Shown here in pieces: positions 60,848-64,000 of a stretch of DNA of 64,000 nt. Source of the DNA: Pseudomonadota bacterium (GTDB lineage: Bacteria; Pseudomonadota; Gammaproteobacteria; Burkholderiales; Thiobacillaceae). The stretch covers positions 7 through 64,006 of the forward strand of contig JAKADY010000011.1 of assembly GCA_021826065.1 (NCBI GenBank), in the 5' to 3' direction. Positions within the stretch are counted from its first letter, which is position 1. Every line of letters begins with the position of its first letter. The notes under the pieces are model-generated. The model made no database searches, was not told where the DNA came from, and saw nothing but the letters and a program-made list of their open reading frames with translations. The position numbers were made by a program, and so were the translations under genes.

Positions 60848-62356
60848 ATGACCGACTATCTCGAACGCATCCTGCTCGCCCGCGTCTATGACGTGGCCAT
60901 CGAATCGCCCCTGGAGGCGGCGGACAACCTCTCGCGCCGCCTCGACAATCCGGTCTGGCTCAAGCGAGAGGACCTGCAGCCGGTCTTCTCCTTCAAACTG
61001 CGCGGCGCCTACAACAAGATGGCGGGGCTCACGCCCGAGCAGCTCGCCCGCGGCGTGGTGGCGGCGAGCGCCGGCAACCATGCCCAGGGGGTGGCGCTGG
61101 CCGCCCAGGTCCTCGGCTGCGCCGCCACCATCGTCATGCCGGCCACCACGCCGCAGATCAAGGTCGACGCCGTGGCCAAGCGCGGCGCGCGGGTGGTCCT
61201 GCACGGCGACTCCTATGACGAGGCCTACGCCCAGGCGCGCGCCATTGCCGAGGCCGAGGGCAAGACCTTCGTCCACCCCTATGACGACCCCGACGTCATC
61301 GCCGGCCAGGGCACCATCGGCATGGAGCTGCTTAGGCAGATGCGCCACCCCATCCACGCCGTGTTCGTGCCGGTCGGCGGCGGCGGGCTGATTGCCGGCA
61401 TCGCCGTCTATCTCAAGCGGCTCAAACCCGAGATCAAGGTGATCGGCGTGGAGCCCGAGGATGCCGACGCCATGGCCCGCTCGCTGTGCAAGAAGGAACG
61501 CGTCGTGCTGCCCCAGGTGGGGATCTTCGCCGACGGGGTGGCGGTGAAACAGGTCGGCGAGGAGACCTTCCGGCTCGCCCAGCGCTATGTCGACGAGGTC
61601 ATCCGCGTCGACAACGACGCCATCTGCGCCGCCATCAAGGACGTCTTCGAGGACACGCGTTCCATCCTCGAGCCGGCCGGCGCCCTGGGCGTAGCCGGGC
61701 TCAAGGCCTGGGTGGCGCGTGAGAAGGTGCACGGCCGGCACCTCATCGCCATCGCCAGCGGCGCCAACATGAACTTCGACCGCCTGCGCTTCGTCGCCGA
61801 ACGGGCGGAGCTCGGCGAGCAGCGCGAGGCCCTGCTGGCGGTGGACATCCCCGAGCGGCCGGGCAGCTTCAAGGCCTTCTGCGCCCTGATCGGCGGGCGC
61901 GTGATCACCGAGTTCAACTACCGCTACGCTGACCCCAGGGTGGCGCACGTCTTCGTCGGCATCCAGGTGCGCGACCGCGCCGAGGTGGCGGCGCTGGTCG
62001 ACACGCTGCGCGCGCACGACCTGCCGGTGCTGGACCTGACCGACAACGAGATGGCCAAGCTGCACATCCGCCACATGGTGGGCGGCCGCGCGCCGCAGGT
62101 CGAGCACGAGGTGATCTATCGCTTCGAATTCCCCGAGCGGCCGGGCGCGCTCATGAAATTCCTCAACAGCATGAGCCACGACTGGAACATCAGCCTGTTC
62201 CACTACCGCAACCACGGCGCCGACTACGGGCGCGTGCTGGCCGGCATCCAGGTGCCGCCGGCCGAGCGCGAGGCCTTCCAGGCCTTCCTCGACGGCCTGG
62301 GCTACCGCTACTGGAACGAGACGCGCAACCCCGCCTACAAGCTCTTCCTGGCCTGA
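60848..62356 (+). CDS. ilvA: biosynthetic threonine dehydratase
   Basis: 502 aa. PLP site [23 protein letters not shown], and two C-terminal ACT-like regulatory repeats. Confidence 0.92.
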   Translation: MTDYLERILLARVYDVAIESPLEAADNLSRRLDNPVWLKREDLQPVFSFKLRGAYNKMAGLTPEQLARGVVAASAGNHAQGVALAAQVLGCAATIVMPATTPQIKVDAVAKRGARVVLHGDSYDEAYAQARAIAEAEGKTFVHPYDDPDVIAGQGTIGMELLRQMRHPIHAVFVPVGGGGLIAGIAVYLKRLKPEIKVIGVEPEDADAMARSLCKKERVVLPQVGIFADGVAVKQVGEETFRLAQRYVDEVIRVDNDAICAAIKDVFEDTRSILEPAGALGVAGLKAWVAREKVHGRHLIAIASGANMNFDRLRFVAERAELGEQREALLAVDIPERPGSFKAFCALIGGRVITEFNYRYADPRVAHVFVGIQVRDRAEVAALVDTLRAHDLPVLDLTDNEMAKLHIRHMVGGRAPQVEHEVIYRFEFPERPGALMKFLNSMSHDWNISLFHYRNHGADYGRVLAGIQVPPAEREAFQAFLDGLGYRYWNETRNPAYKLFLA

Positions 62357-62382
62357 GGACTCACGCTCTCCCGACAAACCGC

Positions 62383-62413
62383 AAAAATACCTTGACCTAC
62401 GTCAAGGCTTTTT
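62383..62413 (+). terminator. intrinsic terminator after ilvA (A-tract upstream, so possibly bidirectional)
   Basis: AAAAATA-CCTTGAC-CTAC-GTCAAGG-CTTTTTG, 27 nt after the ilvA stop. Confidence 0.7.
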
Positions 62414-62491
62414 GCGATCGCCGCGCGCGGACAGGCCTTTTTCGTCATACTCCGGTCGGCATCGATCGTGTAACGATGGATGGAGGAGACC

Positions 62492-62812
62492 ATGACAAAA
62501 GCGATGCGCGCCCTCGCAGCCCTGATCGTGGCGGCGTTCCTGTCCGGCAGTGCCCACGCCGTGCCCCCTGGCATGTCCGTGGAGTTCACCAAGAGCCCCA
62601 TGGGCAAGGTGGTCTTCGATGGCAAGCTGCACGCCGACAAGGGCCAGACCTGCGACAAGTGCCACACCGCCATCTTCCAGATGAAGAAGGGCACCGCCCA
62701 GATCAAGATGGCCGATCACATGGCGGGCAAGGACAACTGCTTCGCCTGCCACAACGGCACGGTGTCGTTCAAGTCCGACGGCAACTGCGCACGCTGCCAC
62801 AGCAACAAGTGA
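62492..62812 (+). CDS. small secreted trihaem c-type cytochrome (c3/c7-like)
   Basis: ATG 62492 after GGAGGAG (the track start is 62480). Signal peptide MTKAMRALAALIVAAFLSGSAHA. Three CxxCH motifs (CDKCH, CFACH, CARCH) within ~85 mature residues. Confidence 0.68.
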   Translation: MTKAMRALAALIVAAFLSGSAHAVPPGMSVEFTKSPMGKVVFDGKLHADKGQTCDKCHTAIFQMKKGTAQIKMADHMAGKDNCFACHNGTVSFKSDGNCARCHSNK

Positions 62813-62847
62813 CCGGCGTCCCGCCTGCGGGCGGGCCTGTAGCGATC

Positions 62848-62873
62848 ACGGAGGGCATGCCCTCCGTTTTTTT
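62848..62873 (+). terminator. intrinsic terminator after the cytochrome gene
   Basis: ACGGAGGGC-AT-GCCCTCCGT followed by a T7 run; 9-bp perfect stem. Confidence 0.8.
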
Positions 62874-62967
62874 CGAGCGCCCGCAGGGCGCGACCGGTGC
62901 GCGATGATGCGCGGACGCGGCCTGGCCCGGATATCATAGGCGAGCGCCACCGGTTACCCTGGGTGTC

Positions 62968-63876
62968 ATGCTCACCACCTGCCCCGAGTGTCACACCACT
63001 TTCCGCATCAGCCAGGCCCAGCTCGACTGCCGGCGCGGACTGGTCCGCTGTGGCCGCTGCAGCGCAGTGTTCAACGCCTATGACACCCTGCTGCCCGAGC
63101 TGCAGACCCCGGCCCAGGCCGATGCCGCTGCGGGTTCGCCGACCGAATCAGGATTCGGCCCTGGCGCACCCCTCCCGGCTGACCGCACCGAAACTGCCGC
63201 ACCGGAACTCCCCGCACCGCCCGACGCCCCCTCTGTCGATAGCACAGAAGACCAAGCCGAAGTCGACCCCGCCCAACCACAGGCCGGCGAGCCCGCCCCT
63301 CCACAGCCTGACGCCGGTGTAACCGCACCGCCGCAGGGCCAGGAGACCCCCGAATCCATCCTGCTCGCCGAGCTGCCGGTGCAACGCCCCACGCGCTGGG
63401 TGCCCACGGTGCTCTGGGGCTTCGCCAGCGCGGTCCTGGCCGTCGCCTTCGGGCTTCAGCTTATGTATTACCTGCGTGCCGAGATCGTCCAAGCCTGGCC
63501 GCAGTCTCGGCCGCTGCTGATACAGGCCTGCGCCCGCCTGGGCTGCGACCTGCCCCTGCCGCAGGACACCGCCGCCGTACACATCGACGCCTCCGCCCTG
63601 GAGACCGACCCCGAGGACGGTGCCCGCGCCGTGCTGAGCCTCACCCTCAGCAACCGCGGCACACAGACGGTGGCCTGGCCGCATCTGGTGCTCACCCTCA
63701 CCGACAGCCGTGACGCCCCCATCGCCCAGCGGCCTTTCACACCGGCCGAATACCTCGCCGGCAAGGTGGAGGTGGCACGTGGCATGCCCCCCGGCCTGGA
63801 ACACGAGGTCCACCTCGAGCTCGAGCTCGACGGTTTGCCCGCCTATGGCTACAAGCTGGACAAACGCTACCCCTGA
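62968..63876 (+). CDS. zinc-ribbon (MJ0042-type) plus DUF3426-like membrane protein
   Basis: N-terminus TCPECHTTFRISQAQLDCRRGLVRCGRCSAVFNAY, then a Pro-rich linker, one TM (VLWGFASAVLAVAFGLQLMYYL) and a C-terminal beta-rich domain. Confidence 0.62.
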   Translation: MLTTCPECHTTFRISQAQLDCRRGLVRCGRCSAVFNAYDTLLPELQTPAQADAAAGSPTESGFGPGAPLPADRTETAAPELPAPPDAPSVDSTEDQAEVDPAQPQAGEPAPPQPDAGVTAPPQGQETPESILLAELPVQRPTRWVPTVLWGFASAVLAVAFGLQLMYYLRAEIVQAWPQSRPLLIQACARLGCDLPLPQDTAAVHIDASALETDPEDGARAVLSLTLSNRGTQTVAWPHLVLTLTDSRDAPIAQRPFTPAEYLAGKVEVARGMPPGLEHEVHLELELDGLPAYGYKLDKRYP

Positions 63877-63916
63877 CCCCCCGGGCGCTGTGCTTCGATG
63901 TTGGGTTTTTGTAGGA

Positions 63917-64000
63917 TTACGTGTCAGGTCCCGCCTGATTGTAAACACGTTTTTTGAACAGATCGGGGCGTTTAGCGTACCAGTTTTTGAGGGCCTCTTG
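63917..64000 (-). CDS. 3' end of an unidentified gene running off the window (partial)
   Basis: Minus-strand frame open from the window edge: ...QEALKNWYAKRPDLFKKRVYNQAGPDT-stop (TAA at 63919-63917). The local sequence is visibly AT-richer than the rest of the window. Confidence 0.35.
   Translation of the reverse strand, partial: QEALKNWYAKRPDLFKKRVYNQAGPDT

Overview
Strongly GC-rich proteobacterial chromosome segment, most plausibly from a sulfur-oxidising chemolithoautotroph. About 40 of the 64 kb relate to inorganic-carbon acquisition, in five modules. (1) A complete alpha-carboxysome locus lies on the minus strand (25.6-39.7 kb): cbbL, cbbS, csoS2, csoS3/CsoSCA, csoS4A, csoS4B, three near-identical csoS1, a ferritin-like gene, a PCD-like (acRAF-type) gene, ParA/McdA, a disordered McdB-like protein, cbbQ, cbbO and a CsoS1D-like tandem-BMC protein. 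(2) cbbR is divergent from cbbL. (3) A CbbR paralog is divergent from a SulP/STAS transporter (14.4-17.6 kb). (4) A histidine kinase and a sigma-54-dependent response regulator are divergent from a clear -24/-12 promoter that drives an unknown 186-aa protein and a second SulP/STAS transporter (18.6-24.3 kb). (5) At 0.2-9.2 kb an LCIB-like putative beta-carbonic anhydrase and a small RHH regulator sit beside a six-gene Hyf/Ehr-type (group-4 [NiFe]-hydrogenase-like) membrane complex. Its large subunit has lost all four Ni-Fe cysteine ligands and the cluster has no electron-input subunits. I consider module 5 the best candidate for an undescribed system, namely an energy-coupled CO2-hydration or DIC-uptake module analogous to DAB or cyanobacterial NDH-1/Cup. 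Both SulP paralogs also carry an unusual ~130-aa coiled-coil plus beta-rich insertion. The rest is housekeeping: bioD, queA, Sua5-type TsaC, an RsmB-like methyltransferase, mutS, hslU without hslV, polA, rpiA, ilvA, small c-type cytochromes and hypothetical proteins. Intergenic DNA carries several repeat families: a BoxC-like GGGTGAGGG element (5 copies), an 88/89-nt structured element (2 copies, one inside the carboxysome operon), REP-type hairpins and heptad tandem repeats abutting start codons. No tRNA, rRNA, CRISPR or intact mobile element was recognised. Many long ORFs in the track are antisense shadow frames typical of high-GC DNA and were not called. All functional calls rest on remembered family motifs; no database search was possible.
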